Assembly (NCBI GenBank): GCA_964188305.1
Contig: OZ076892.1
Direction: 5' to 3' (one strand)
From: Podarcis bocagei
Lineage: Eukaryota
DNA length: 64,000 bases
Part shown: positions 12,470 through 23,869 of the stretch, one piece after another
Numbering within the stretch: position 1 is the stretch's first letter
Layout: each line of letters begins with the position of its first letter
Made by a program: the position numbers and the translations under genes
The notes under the pieces: model-generated
Told to the model about the DNA's origin: nothing
The model's database searches: none
Seen by the model: only the letters and a program-made list of their open reading frames with translations

Positions 12470-13557
12470 ATGTTAGTTGATGCTGACTCAAAGGGCACTT
12501 GTTATTTTGGATTAATGAATTTGGAGCATCGTGCCAGGCCATGTGCACACGCCATACTTCTTTGGGAGCGCAGAAGAAAATCTCAGCGCGGTGTTTTGGC
12601 TGCAGAATTAAGCTCTCTAACAAACCCCCAACTTCCATTTCCCCCATAAACAAACAAGCAGAGATAAAGTTCATAGTCCTTGCTTATTATAGAAATCCGG
12701 GCTTGAAAATGTGTGGGCAAGTGCTGGGTGAAAACCCAGAGGCTAGGGAAGCATATGACTAAGCTTTCCAGAGGTTGGAAGAGGAGGAGGCCTCACCTCC
12801 CCTGTATTCCTTTGATTAGCAGGAGCAGATTACATTATGCAGTGTTTTTTTAAAAGAAAGTGCTGAATAAATTATGCAAAATGGGAGCGGTTAAGAAAAT
12901 ATGCATAATTGTATATTTATACAGGTCGCAGGACTCTGTTTTCCTTGCAGCAGAATTTGTTTTTTCCCCTTGGTGCAGAGCAAGCACAATTTTGGCTTAA
13001 GGGTGTGATCCTTACGTGATCAATCCTCTGTTCTCTCCCTGTTGAAATCTTCTCTCAAAACCCAGTTCTTCCGCAAGGTTGCTGGTGGGTGGTTTTCTCC
13101 CTCCCCACCCCGTGCTATACTTTTTTTATGATGGTCCCCTTCCCTGATCCAACCGCATCTCCTCCCTTCAAACTTTGTTGTGTCTTGGGTTGTGAGTCTC
13201 CAGGCAGGGGCCAATGTCATGCCCTGCCTATCATGAATGGGTATAGTGCAGGGATCACCAATGTGGTGCACATGTTTGGACTTCCTGGAATAGACTGGGC
13301 TGGATCGACCAGTGCTCCAACTTGGTTGAAGTTTGCTTATGCATTGGGTGAAACATGGGGGACTCCTCCTCTAACGCTCAACACTTGGTCCCAGGTCAAG
13401 CTGGAAGGAAGGAGCAGACTGAGGATGGGTGGCTCAAAAATGCACTCCCTATATTGGGGGTGGAGGCCTCCAGCCTGCAGGCCAAACTTGACCCACTAGG
13501 CATGGGCGGGAGCAGAGGGGCAGCTGCCCCCCCCAATCAAGTAAATCAATAAAAATA

Positions 13558-13816
13558 CAGTGGTACCTTGGGATGCGAATGGGATCCGTTCCGGAGCCCT
13601 GTTCGCATCCTGAACACAATGTAAGACGCGACGGCGCACCTGCGTGTGCGCGGGTCGCGTTTTGCTGCTTCTGCGCATGCGCGCGACATCGTTTTGAGTG
13701 TCCACGCATGTGCGAGCGCGAAACCTGGAAGTAACGCGCTCCGTTACTTCCGGGTTGCCGCGGAGCGCAACTCGGACGCGCTCAACCCAAAGCACATTCA
13801 ACCCGAGGTATGACTG
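13558..13816 (-). mobile_element. Tc1/mariner MITE, family B
   Basis: TA-CAGTGGTACCTTGG...CCGAGGTATGACTG-TA; CpG-rich interior. Confidence 0.85.
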
Positions 13817-15329
13817 TACTTAACTGACTGAGGTTCTGCCTCCCTCAACATGAAGGCTGCCCACCGTAACACAAATCCTGGCTGCCACTAGGCCTCCCTA
13901 TTTGGCCTGCCAGGCCATTTTCACAAAATCATGCCCACCTGCTCCACACCGGATGTCATAGGTGATGCCAGGTGTTGGGCAAGCTGCAGAATGGAAGACA
14001 GCACTCCTACAGAGAGTTAAATCCTGCTTGGTTTGAATGTGCCAGCCAGTTCCCAGATTCTACTGCTCACCCATCAAAGTTGGCCCACCAGGGTGCGGGG
14101 AAATAGAAGATCTGGTCCATAAGGCCAAAAAAGGTTTTCCCCACCGGGTCCTAACAACACAAGCACATATCTAAATTCATTTTCTCTGGGAGAGAGAACT
14201 GCCCTATACTGTTGAAGAGTGTGTCTCAGCAGGGATGCTCAAGAGGGAATGGACCACTCTGAGCCTCCACTGCTTTCTTAGCGGTGTCTGTAGGGCAAGA
14301 GAAAGCATACCTGTTAGCTTGGATTGTGAGCCATGAGTGTTGGTGACAGGTGTGTGGCTTTTTACCTTCCTGTGGAAGACTTCATTTAGATACCTTCCCT
14401 TATTATGTCACACCGAGATTGTACCGAGCTGGGACATGCCATCAGACTGGCTGTGTGCAGGGCAATGCCTAAATACCGTCTTCCGTTGTATTTGGGGGGG
14501 GGGAGGAGAGAGGGGTAGATTGTTGCTCGAGAGCAGTGACAAGGGCCCCCGCCTTCCTGCAGGGTTTCTCTGCCTCATGTGCGCCTTTGCGTTTGTTCCT
14601 TCTGTTCCTTTTAAACCAGCAGAAGTCTAATTGTTCCTGCCTCTGCAGCCTTTGTCTACCTGGTTTGCGATTCCCCCTCCCCTTAAACTTCCCCGGAATC
14701 TTTTTGTTCCTAAAGCCCTCTTAGTCCCCTGCAGTCCTATTCAGACTATCAGTCCAACAGGAACAAGGGAAAATAATTTTCAAGCTTGGAGTTTCATTGC
14801 CAGAAAATTAAGCTTTGATTTCAGGAAGAGGGGAGATGGTTCCGATGTTTAAGGGTATGAGACCACTTGGGTACAGAAGTGGCTGCTTTGTACAGAGTCA
14901 GGCCATTGACAGTATCATCTACACTGACTGGTAGCGGATTCCAGACGGGGTCTCTCCCATTTCCACCTGGATATGCCACCAGGGATTGATGCAAAGCAAA
15001 TGCTCTGTTGCTGAATTCTGCTTCCATCTTGGGAAGCGAAGTGGGGTCCTGTGGTTAGAAAGGTGAAGCCCAAATATGTTTTGCCAGGTTCTCTCCTTGG
15101 CTTTTGAAAGGGAAGTGATGGGGAAGGAACTGGGAGGACTTTGTGTTCTATTTCTGCCTCTTGCGTGGGTAGCAGGTCTTCACCTTTCAGTGAAGTGTTT
15201 GGCAACCTGGGGGGTGGGGCTCAATAAGTGAAAGTTTTGGAGCAGGGGACAAGTGGGAAGGAAACCAATATGTCTGCTTTATTAGGTAACAAGCCTACTG
15301 AAAGGCTTGTTTCCCGCACTATGGGTGGT

Positions 15330-15670
15330 ATTTATTTATTTAATGTATATCATGCTTTTCTCCCACTGCAGAGCTCAAGGCAGCTTACGGCACTAATGAA
15401 AACAAACACAACTAAAAACAGACAATATTACACCCACACACCCACACACCCACACACCCTTATTAAAACCTGCACTGAAAGCCATTTACAAATCACCCAC
15501 CCTTAAAAGACCCTGCCACAACAGCCAGTTTATGGCTGAACAAAACCTGTCAGAACAAAGAAAAAATATGCCTACTGGTAAACAAAAGGTAAACAAAAAA
15601 TGGCGCAACCTAGGTTTCCATGGAAGGGAGTTCCACAAGTTTGGAACAGCCCCCAAGAAGGTCCTTTCAT
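15330..15670 (-). mobile_element. old L2-like 3' fragment
   Basis: TTTA-repeat tail, GAGCTCAAGGCAGCTTAC, GGGAGTTCCACAAGTTTGGAACAGCC (minus: AVPNLWNSLP). Confidence 0.55.
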
Positions 15671-16310
15671 ATTCAGTTCCCTCCCCCCCTCAAAGAATTC
15701 TGGGCACTGTAGTTTATCCCTCGCAGAGTTAGCGTTCCCAGCAGCCCTTAGCAAACTACAGTGCCCAGAATTCCTTGAGGAAGAGAATGTGCTTTGAATG
15801 TACAGTGTTTACAGAGCCACAGTGTCTCTGAATGCTATTCATCTACAGCAACTGTGACAGCAGAGGGTCATGGCCTTCAAGCCTGGCTTGAAAGATTTCC
15901 AGTGGCAGACAATTGACCTGACCCAGCAGGGCTCTTGATGCACAGAGAAAGAGGAAGCCGGAAATCTTCTCTGAGATGCAGCTTGTCCATCAATGCCACT
16001 CCTCCCCTGCAATATGCGGCATCAGGGAAGTGTTTGGGTATGTTTTCTTGCAGGGACTACAGCCCCCATCACCCCTGATTATTGGCCATGCTGAATGGGC
16101 CTGTCCAACACCATCGGGGAGCCACAGGTTTACTACCCAACGTATGGTGAATTATTCTTTGCTGCAGCGGGCAGTGATGAGACTCAACAGGCCAGCTGCC
16201 TATTAAAACTAGGTGCCTGGAGGAGTCCCAGAATCCTTTGCAGCACACTGGTGACATTCTCCCAACTTCCCCAAAGGGAGACAAATGTGAAAATTCCACC
16301 AAGTCAAGTA

Positions 16311-16479
16311 CTGTATTTTTCGCTCTATAACACGCACCCGACCATAACACGCACATAGTTTTTAGAGGAGGAAAATCCGTAGGCATGCCACCCGTAGGCA
16401 TTCCCTCCATAACACGCACAAACATTTCCCCTTACTTTCTAGGAGGAAAAAAGTGAGTGTTATGGTGCAAAAAATACAG
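16311..16479. mobile_element. Tc1/mariner MITE, family C
   Basis: TA-CTGTATTTTTCGCTCTATAACACGCAC...TTATGGTGCAAAAAATACAG-TA; related to 21535-21793. Confidence 0.85.
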
Positions 16480-16603
16480 TAAGTTGTAAAGAAGTGTGTG
16501 GTGTCGAACACTCTGTACATGGGCAGGAGGAGAGGCTGGGAGTTGAGACTTGAAATGTGTCCTGTAGGCAAAGACAGGAAGCGGTGATGCAGACTTGGGA
16601 CTA

Positions 16604-16821
16604 CAGTGGACGCTCGGGTTGCAAGTGTGATCCGTGCGTGATCCGTGCGGGCGGCGTTCACAACCCATGTCTGCGCACACGGGTTGCGATTCGGCGCTTC
16701 TGCACATGCGCAAAGCATGATTGCCAAAGCCCGGAAGTAACCCGTTCCGGTACTTCCAGGTTTCAGTGGTCCGTAACCCAAAAAAACGCAACCTAAAACG
16801 TCTGTAACCCAAGGTATGCTG
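16604..16821 (-). mobile_element. Tc1/mariner MITE, family B
   Basis: TA-CAGTGGACGCTCGGG...CCCAAGGTATGCTG-TA; reverse of 4749-4962. Confidence 0.85.
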
Positions 16822-16967
16822 TATTGTATTCTCCCTCTTACCTTGCCTGTTAAATGAGATCTCTTTGACCAGGGGGCCTTGGGAATAGGTAGGCACCTGT
16901 GAGCCTTTGTAGGACCTCTCTCTCTTTGCTCAGCACACCTTCCTCCTTGCTCTGTGATCCCTGTCGG

Positions 16968-17190
16968 TTATTTATTCATTATCTCATTTATATTCCACCT
17001 TTCCTCCAAGGAGCTCAAGGTGGCTGTCTTGGTTCTCCGCCTCCTCACAACAAGCCTGCAAAGGTAGGTTAGGCTCAGAGACAGTGACTGACTCCAAGGT
17101 CACCCAGTGAGCTAAATGGCTGGATGGGGATTTGGACCCTGGTTTCCCATGTCCCAGTCCAGCACTCTCACCACTACACTACTCTGGCTC
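16968..17190 (-). mobile_element. older tRNA-derived CORE-like SINE
   Basis: CCTCACAACAA...GGTAGGTTAGGCT...CAAGGTCACCCAGTGAGCT...GGATTTGGACCC...CCACTACAC. Confidence 0.75.
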
Positions 17191-19587
17191 TCACTGTTTG
17201 CTGAGGGGAAGAGGAGAGAAAAGGGGAAAGTCCTGATGATGCTCCTCTGCTGCCATTTTAATTTCCCACAATGCCCTGACACAAAGCTACACTGGAGGCC
17301 TTGTGGGGAACTAAAATGGTAGCTCGCTGGCACAAAACACTTGGGGGGGGATTTAAAGTGGAGCAGCTGAGGTCAGATATCAAGCCATGGGCCCTTCTGG
17401 TGGGTGGGGGCCTTGGGCAAGCTGTTTATGGAAGCCCCTTGTCCTGGTCAAACTAGATTTGGTTGGGTCAGCCATGGGCTTGTTGTGTCGCACAGCAGCC
17501 ATGTTTGTTGGTTTGTGTTTCCGTCCTGCTTACGTGCAAAGCAGGGGGTGATTTGCAGTCTTTAATTTTTACAACATAAAAATGTGTGCATTGTTGAGCT
17601 GAACCTCTCCTCCTCCTGCTTACCCTGCTGTGTTCCATCTCTGCAGGAGCTTTCCTCTTGCCTCACATCTGAACAGTGCAGACACGTATAAACAAACAGG
17701 GCGGCCCCTCCATCACGTCTAGTTGGGCTCCCAGGAGGTCCCCAGCACAGTACGGGTTTTTGCAGGAGCAGCGGGGTGTGCAGCCGCCCTGCCCTCCCAT
17801 TCCTTGCTTCCCTCCCCGATAATCAAAGGGGTCCTGGGGCGCTTCATGCTCCACCAAATGCCTGTGTACAGAGCCAGCCAGATTAAAAGGCAGCCTCTCC
17901 GAGTGCCCAGTTGGCTTTTTGTAACCATCAATCTTTAATGATCCTTAATCCAGCTGGGTTTCTCCTGGGGAGAAACAACAGGGAATGTCCCAGCCATGAT
18001 CAGAATGAGCGAAAGAAGGATCTTCTCATTTTGCTCAGTGAACTGTGGGGGGCGAGGGAGGAGCAGAGGAGTGATAGCAGGGGAGGGAGGAATTTGGGGG
18101 CCTCTGCTTTTAGACGCCTGTCCCACTTTCCCTTGCAGTCTCTTCTCTCTTTCCTTACACTTCCAGCCCATTGATTTCCCCCTAAATTATTCATTGGGGT
18201 TCCATAGCAGAGTCGGGATTCCTTGCCTTGCATGCCATCCTGGTGGAATTCCCCTTCTGGGAAGGAATGGGCAAAATGGGAACTATCTGGGAAGGAGGAG
18301 AAATCAGGGGAAATGGGCAGGTTTTCTCATGCTGTGCTTTCTTTCGGTCCGTCCACATTGCTCTTAATGTTGACATTCATTGCTCTCCCCACCTCCCCTG
18401 TGTTGAAGAACAACAGGGAGCTTGTGGATGGATCAAGGAGAGACTGGAATTTATTCAGAGGCTTACCGTGAAGGGAGAGTTCACACCAAGGCTAAGCCCC
18501 AGACTTAGGCGCTGGGATTTATGAATCCGTAATGAAGCCAAGAGTACACTTTGAGCATGTGAAGAGTGTCTCGTTATTGTTTCGCGTACTTCTACCCCTT
18601 AAGAATGGTTGGTACATCTTAGCTTGTGTACAGATAGAGATGGTTTGAGTGGTGGATTTGCGTTACCCCATTTCTCTTTTGCAAAACATGCAACCTTCCT
18701 TAGAGAATTGAGCTTGGAATCACTTCTTTCTGTTCCCAGGTGAAACCAGCTGCACTTTTTGGCTGGCTGCTTAGTGACACTCACAAAGCCACTTCTGCCT
18801 CCCTCCTGCTTCCAAGAGCATTGTTTCAAGTTTAGGAAAAAACGGATTAGCTAAAAGAAAACAAGAGCATAAAGGTTTAGCTGGATTGACATGCCAGGCA
18901 TTTGATAATGTTAAACACAGACAGAAGGGCAAAAATTAGCTCTTAATTCAGAGCCTGGTGCATTTGTCATTGGAGGAATGAAAGCAAGGGAAGCAGGACA
19001 AACCCACACCTATCTGCCCCTGAAGGGAGGCATGTGTATATGTGCCACTTGGTTTTCTGTAGTCTCCTAACCGGATGCTGATCAGGCCCTCATGCAATTA
19101 GCTTCACCAGAAGTGATCTGGGCTGTTCACCAGGCCTTTCCATGGCTGCAGATGAGCCACAGTTTGTCCTCATGCATCTGAATTTAGGGGGAAGGTCAAA
19201 GGTTATTGCCACCCAATAGATTTGAGCTCTGGCATTTCTCTCTGTAGGTTATGTAAAAAGGGATTGTCCTTCCTCAGGATTAGTCTGGCTTCCTCTGACC
19301 ACCTGCATCCCACAAAAAATATGCATGTGGCAGACATCATGGTCAGAAGTTTGAATGTTGATTTAGTAGTCTGTCTTGCACCTCTGTTTCACCATGTTTC
19401 AAGCAGCCTGGCTGCCTTCTTTTATTTTTAAAGCTGCGTGCACATTCAAGACAAACACATGCATATGTTTTAAAACTGGAAGACTTGTCTGAGGAAGTGG
19501 GAATCGGAGATTTTGATGACACAGATTCTATCCAATCAGTGCTGTGCACTGGCAGCTTCTAACCCAAGTGTGCAGAACTGGTTTTCC

Positions 19588-19724
19588 TTGCTTAGTTGTT
19601 AGAGCATGAGACTCTTCGTCTCAAGGTTGTGGGTTTGAGCCCCATTTTTTTATAAAAGATTCCTACACTGCAGGGGGCTGGAGTAGTTGATCCTCGTGGT
19701 CTCCTCCAGCTCTACAATTTTGTG
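19588..19724 (+). mobile_element. SINE with tRNA-Lys(CTT)-derived head and CR1 3' tail
   Basis: Head AGAGCATGAGACTCTT..TCTCAAGGTTGTGGGTTTGAGCCCCA; tail AGATTCCTACACTGCAGGGGGCTGGAGTAG...CTCTACAATT. Confidence 0.75.
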
Positions 19725-20520
19725 CGTCTCTGTGTTTGGTAGTATGGAGTGGTATCTCTGTGAAATATTTGCTTTGAGATTTATGAGTAGATGCGGTTCT
19801 GCTCATGCTGGGAAGATGACTGATAACCCTACCGGGATCAGAGAGGAAACTTTTTCTCTCTTAGTCCGATTACTAGAGAACAACCCCTGTGGGTTTCATT
19901 GCATCCTTTTGTTGTTTGTGGTTTGGTTTGTCTTGTCTGTCTGTCTTAGTTGAATAGAGCAGACTTCTGGGCAGGCAGCGCTTATGAGATGCACCTGTCT
20001 CTCTGCTTGGAAGTGTACTGTGGTCTGGATTGAGGCGGATGATCCAGGAAGGGCTGAGCGGAATGATCTATCCTGGGTTCCACATTGTTCCACAAGCAGA
20101 GCAGGTGCCTGGCCGGAAGGCGACCGCTCAAGCAAATCTACAATGGTATTAGCCCTTCATTTTGTCCAGGGCCACAGCCTTGCTCCCTCCCCCCATACAC
20201 AAATGCCCCTCTGCATTTCTCAGAGGCTGTATTTAGAGAGCTCTGTTTCCTCAGTCCTCTTGCACAACTCTTGTGAAACCTCTGGGAGCGATGAAAACCT
20301 GTCTGTTAGTGAAACATCTGTGGCAAGTTTGTGGCAAATGGCCACTCAAGAGAGATGTATTTCTGGATGTCACTGGTCTAATAGCTGTCCCCTTTTGTCA
20401 GAGTAGTTCTGGGAATTGAAATTATATGAAGGTGGTGGGAAGGAAGTTAATAGTGTTGCCAGACCTTCAGATCTGTCCTGAAGTCTCCTGGTTTGCCTGG
20501 CCCCCTCCTGGTGGCAGGTA

Positions 20521-20795
20521 AAGGTAAAGGTAAAGGGACCACTGACCATTAGGTCCAGTTGTGACTGACTCTGGGGTTGCGGCGCTCATCTCACTTTATT
20601 AGCTGAGGGAGCTGGCTTACAGCTTCCAGGTCATGTGGCCAGCATGACTAAGCCGCTTCTGGCGAACCAGAGCAGCACACGGAAACGCCGTTTACCTTCC
20701 CGGCTGAGTGGTACCTCTTTATCTACTTGCACTTTTGACGTGCTTTTGAACTGCTAGGTTGGCAGGGACCGAGCAACGGGAGCTCACCCTGTTGC
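20521..20795 (-). mobile_element. Sauria SINE, 5'-truncated
   Basis: Body matches 8943-9301; TSD GTGGCAGGTA (20511-20520, 20796-20805). Confidence 0.92.
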
Positions 20796-20834
20796 GTGGC
20801 AGGTAGAGGGCTTGAATAGCCAGGAGGATGAGAC

Positions 20835-20874
<40 letters not shown>
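20835..20874. repeat. (AAT)n microsatellite
   Basis: Read directly. Confidence 0.95.
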
Positions 20875-21534
20875 TTGCTTGCAAATGTCAGCCTGGCAGG
20901 AGCTGGCTGCAAATTATATAATAGACACTCTGTGGGGTCTGCTCCCCTCTCCCAATTTACCTCAGTCTGTGATACCTGCTCCAGGAACATCGCCAAGGGG
21001 TTGTCAACAGAGCCCCTCGCCAAACTACAGTTCCCAGGAATCTTTGGGAGAAGCCACGAGCAGTAAGAGTGGTTTTCAAAAACCCAGTCTAAACTTTTGT
21101 CACACGCCCAGTTGCTTCCGCTTCATGCCTGCTGTTGCTCTTATCTCGTTTTCCACACTCAGACAGTTGACCCTGTAGCTGCTGTTGTCAGTTGTACCTT
21201 GTCCTCCCTTCCCCTGAGCAAAAACACAAGTCTGAAACAAAGCCATTTTTTTATTATTATTAAACAACAACAACCGAACATCACACGCTGCCTGGGTCAG
21301 GGGTGTGTGAGGATGGATAGCTTGAGCCAAGCGGCAGAAGCCTTTGCATCTTGTTATGGTCATTACGGGTTTCTGAAAAATCTTGCACAAAACCGGGAGC
21401 TTGCGTTCCAGATATGTCCTTTTGCCATAGTCGCTTGCATGATGCGAAAACAAAAAGGAGCAACCGAGTTTCTGTGTATTTCCTTTTGGAAAGTTGAATC
21501 TTGTGCAATGGGCTTCCAAGGATCAAGTGGTTAC

Positions 21535-21793
21535 CCGTATTTTTCGCTCTGTAAGATGCACCAGACCATAAGATGCACCTAGTTTTTGGAGGAGGAAAAC
21601 AAGAAAAAATATATTCTGAATCTCAGAAGCCTGAACAGCAAGAGGGATCACTGTGCAGCGAAAGCAGCGATCCCTCTTGCTGTTCTGGCTCCTGGGATAG
21701 CTGCACAGCCTGCATTCGCTCCATAAGACGCACACACATTTCCCTTTACTTTTTAGGAGGGAAAAAGTGAGTCTTATAGAGCAAAAAATACGG
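21535..21793. mobile_element. Tc1/mariner MITE, family C
   Basis: TIR CCGTATTTTTCGCTCTGTAAGA...TCTTATAGAGCAAAAAATACGG-TA. Confidence 0.85.
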
Positions 21794-22321
21794 TATTTTG
21801 CCTTCTCACTGGTAATCTTTCTGCCAGGCAGAATTACTCAAGGAAGGTAGAATCTAGTATTGGTGAGAGATGTAGGATAGGGATCACCTCAAGGTCCAGA
21901 AGGAAAGGTCTGGAGAGCCACATTTTGACCCTGGGCTTGAGTTATTTTTCTCCCCACCCCCCCAGATGTAGGAAGTTCAAGTTCAGCTCCCATTTTGGCT
22001 GCGCGGTCTTGGGGAAACGATTCTCTATCGCTCTCAGAACCAACCAGCTTCCCAGGGTTGCCTCGGAGATAAAGTGAGACCATGCACAGCCCTTTGAGCT
22101 TCTCGGAGGAAGAGTGGGCTATAATTTATTGCTCCTTTGAAGCATTTTTACCCCGCTGTTGAGTGGGGAAAAAGCTCCCAGAGCGGCTTATAAAGATCAA
22201 TGGTAAGTCAATCCCTGCCTTTAGGCTTACAATTTAAAAGTCAGGAGGAGACAAAAGGGGAAACAGATTGGGAAGGAGGGAATGAAATTAAATTATTTGG
22301 ATGCTTTTAGAGATTAGTCTG

Positions 22322-23085
22322 CCAGCCTGGGAATAAGAATAGTGGGGTCTAATAAAGAGTGTTAGAAGTCTGGATTTGTCCACACTGTCGCAAAGGCTCA
22401 CGGAGTTCCCGCTAAACCCCGATTCAAATTGAGCCAATCCGCGGCCAGCCCGGGGGGAGGTGTGGCCTAGGCGGGGAGACCTGGACGAGGCAGGCTTCCC
22501 TCAGGTCCTCCCGCCAACAATATAGCCCAGCCAACCCTGCGCTCCTCAGTCGGCCAGGAGCGTCCCCCTCCCATTCCCTCCCTTCATATTTGCTTGCTAC
22601 ATTAACCGTTTCTTTTTCAACCAGGAGGGTTTTGTTGTGGTCTGCGGATGGTCACCATTTTCGGGGCCGGGAAGGAATTTCCCCTGCACTGCAGGTTTCG
22701 CACTTGTCATGACTTTGGCGGTTTAGACCTTTGGGCGGAATCCTATAGCCTTTCATCCGATTGGGCTGTGGTGAATTGGCGACTCACCCACCCCCTGTTT
22801 CCTGCTGCGGCGATAACAGGCTACCCCGTCAGAGGGGTCTGGAGGGAAGTCTTTGCCCAAAGTGCCAGTTGCATAGGGCCTAGTGGGCCATAGGGCTTCC
22901 CTCAGTGTTTGGAGGCGATCCTAAACCTGCGTTTTGCAATGGATCCACTCCTGAAAAGACCATGTAATGCCTCAGTTCCCCATGGGGGGGCGGCGCTGAG
23001 AGGGTTACATGCCCAGTGCCTTTGCCAAGGCTTCCTACATCTGAAATCAATAAAGTTGGGGCCTTTTTAATCCTTGTCCATTCAT
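22322..23085 (+). mobile_element. CpG-rich terminal-repeat-like element (probable DIRS/Ngaro-type or solo LTR)
   Basis: CCAAT 22434, GC boxes, AATATA 22519, AATAAA 23049 followed by GTTGGGGCC; no TG...CA ends seen; family call is by recall only. Confidence 0.45.
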
Positions 23086-23554
23086 TTACCCACCCACCCC
23101 TTTTGTAGTCAGGCGTGATGGGTGGGGGACTCTGCGACTGGGCACGCAATGGGTGTGTGCTGTGTTTGAAGGTGGTGAATCTGTCCCTTTGTTTACTTTT
23201 CCAGAATTGCACTGTCAAGGCAGAAGTGATGTGAGAGAGCTGTGATTAGATGCCTTGACCTATTTGCTTTGCTTTAATAAAGCAACAAGGGCCTCTGGTT
23301 TTGCTGGGAACAGTGGTGCTTAAGATCCCCCAGCCTGTACTGTTCTATATCCCCCTCCCTCCCCGCAGCAATTTTTCCTTCTAAGGAAGCACTGGATTCG
23401 CACCCACCACCCGCCTCTGGCTGATAGCACCTTTGAGGTGCTGTTTGAGCAGGGAAGAAGCATGGGGGGGGGGAATTAGGACATCCGGCCAATGGTCTCC
23501 CAAGTCCTATCTTTTTTCCTAACGCTTTCAGGGCGGGGAGCCTTGCAAATGGGA

Positions 23555-23754
23555 NNNNNNNNNNNNNNNNNNNNNNNNNNNNNNNNNNNNNNNNNNNNNN
23601 NNNNNNNNNNNNNNNNNNNNNNNNNNNNNNNNNNNNNNNNNNNNNNNNNNNNNNNNNNNNNNNNNNNNNNNNNNNNNNNNNNNNNNNNNNNNNNNNNNNN
23701 NNNNNNNNNNNNNNNNNNNNNNNNNNNNNNNNNNNNNNNNNNNNNNNNNNNNNN
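23555..23754. other. assembly gap (200 N)
   Basis: N run. Confidence 1.
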
Positions 23755-23869
23755 GGCGCGGCAGCAGCAGGAGGCCCCATTAGCTAAAGTGGTGCTTCAG
23801 ATTAAGAACAGTTTCAGGTTAAGTACGGACCTCCGGAATGAATTATGTACTTAACCTGAGGTACTACTG
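23755..23869 (+). mobile_element. Tc1/mariner MITE family A, right half (left half in gap)
   Basis: Matches 1715-1829; ends GAGGTACTACTG-TA. Confidence 0.88.

Noticed and set aside
20784-21178. Poly-L, poly-N and poly-I ORFs
   Set aside because: Translations of the (AAT)n microsatellite; the same applies near 58540 and 60175
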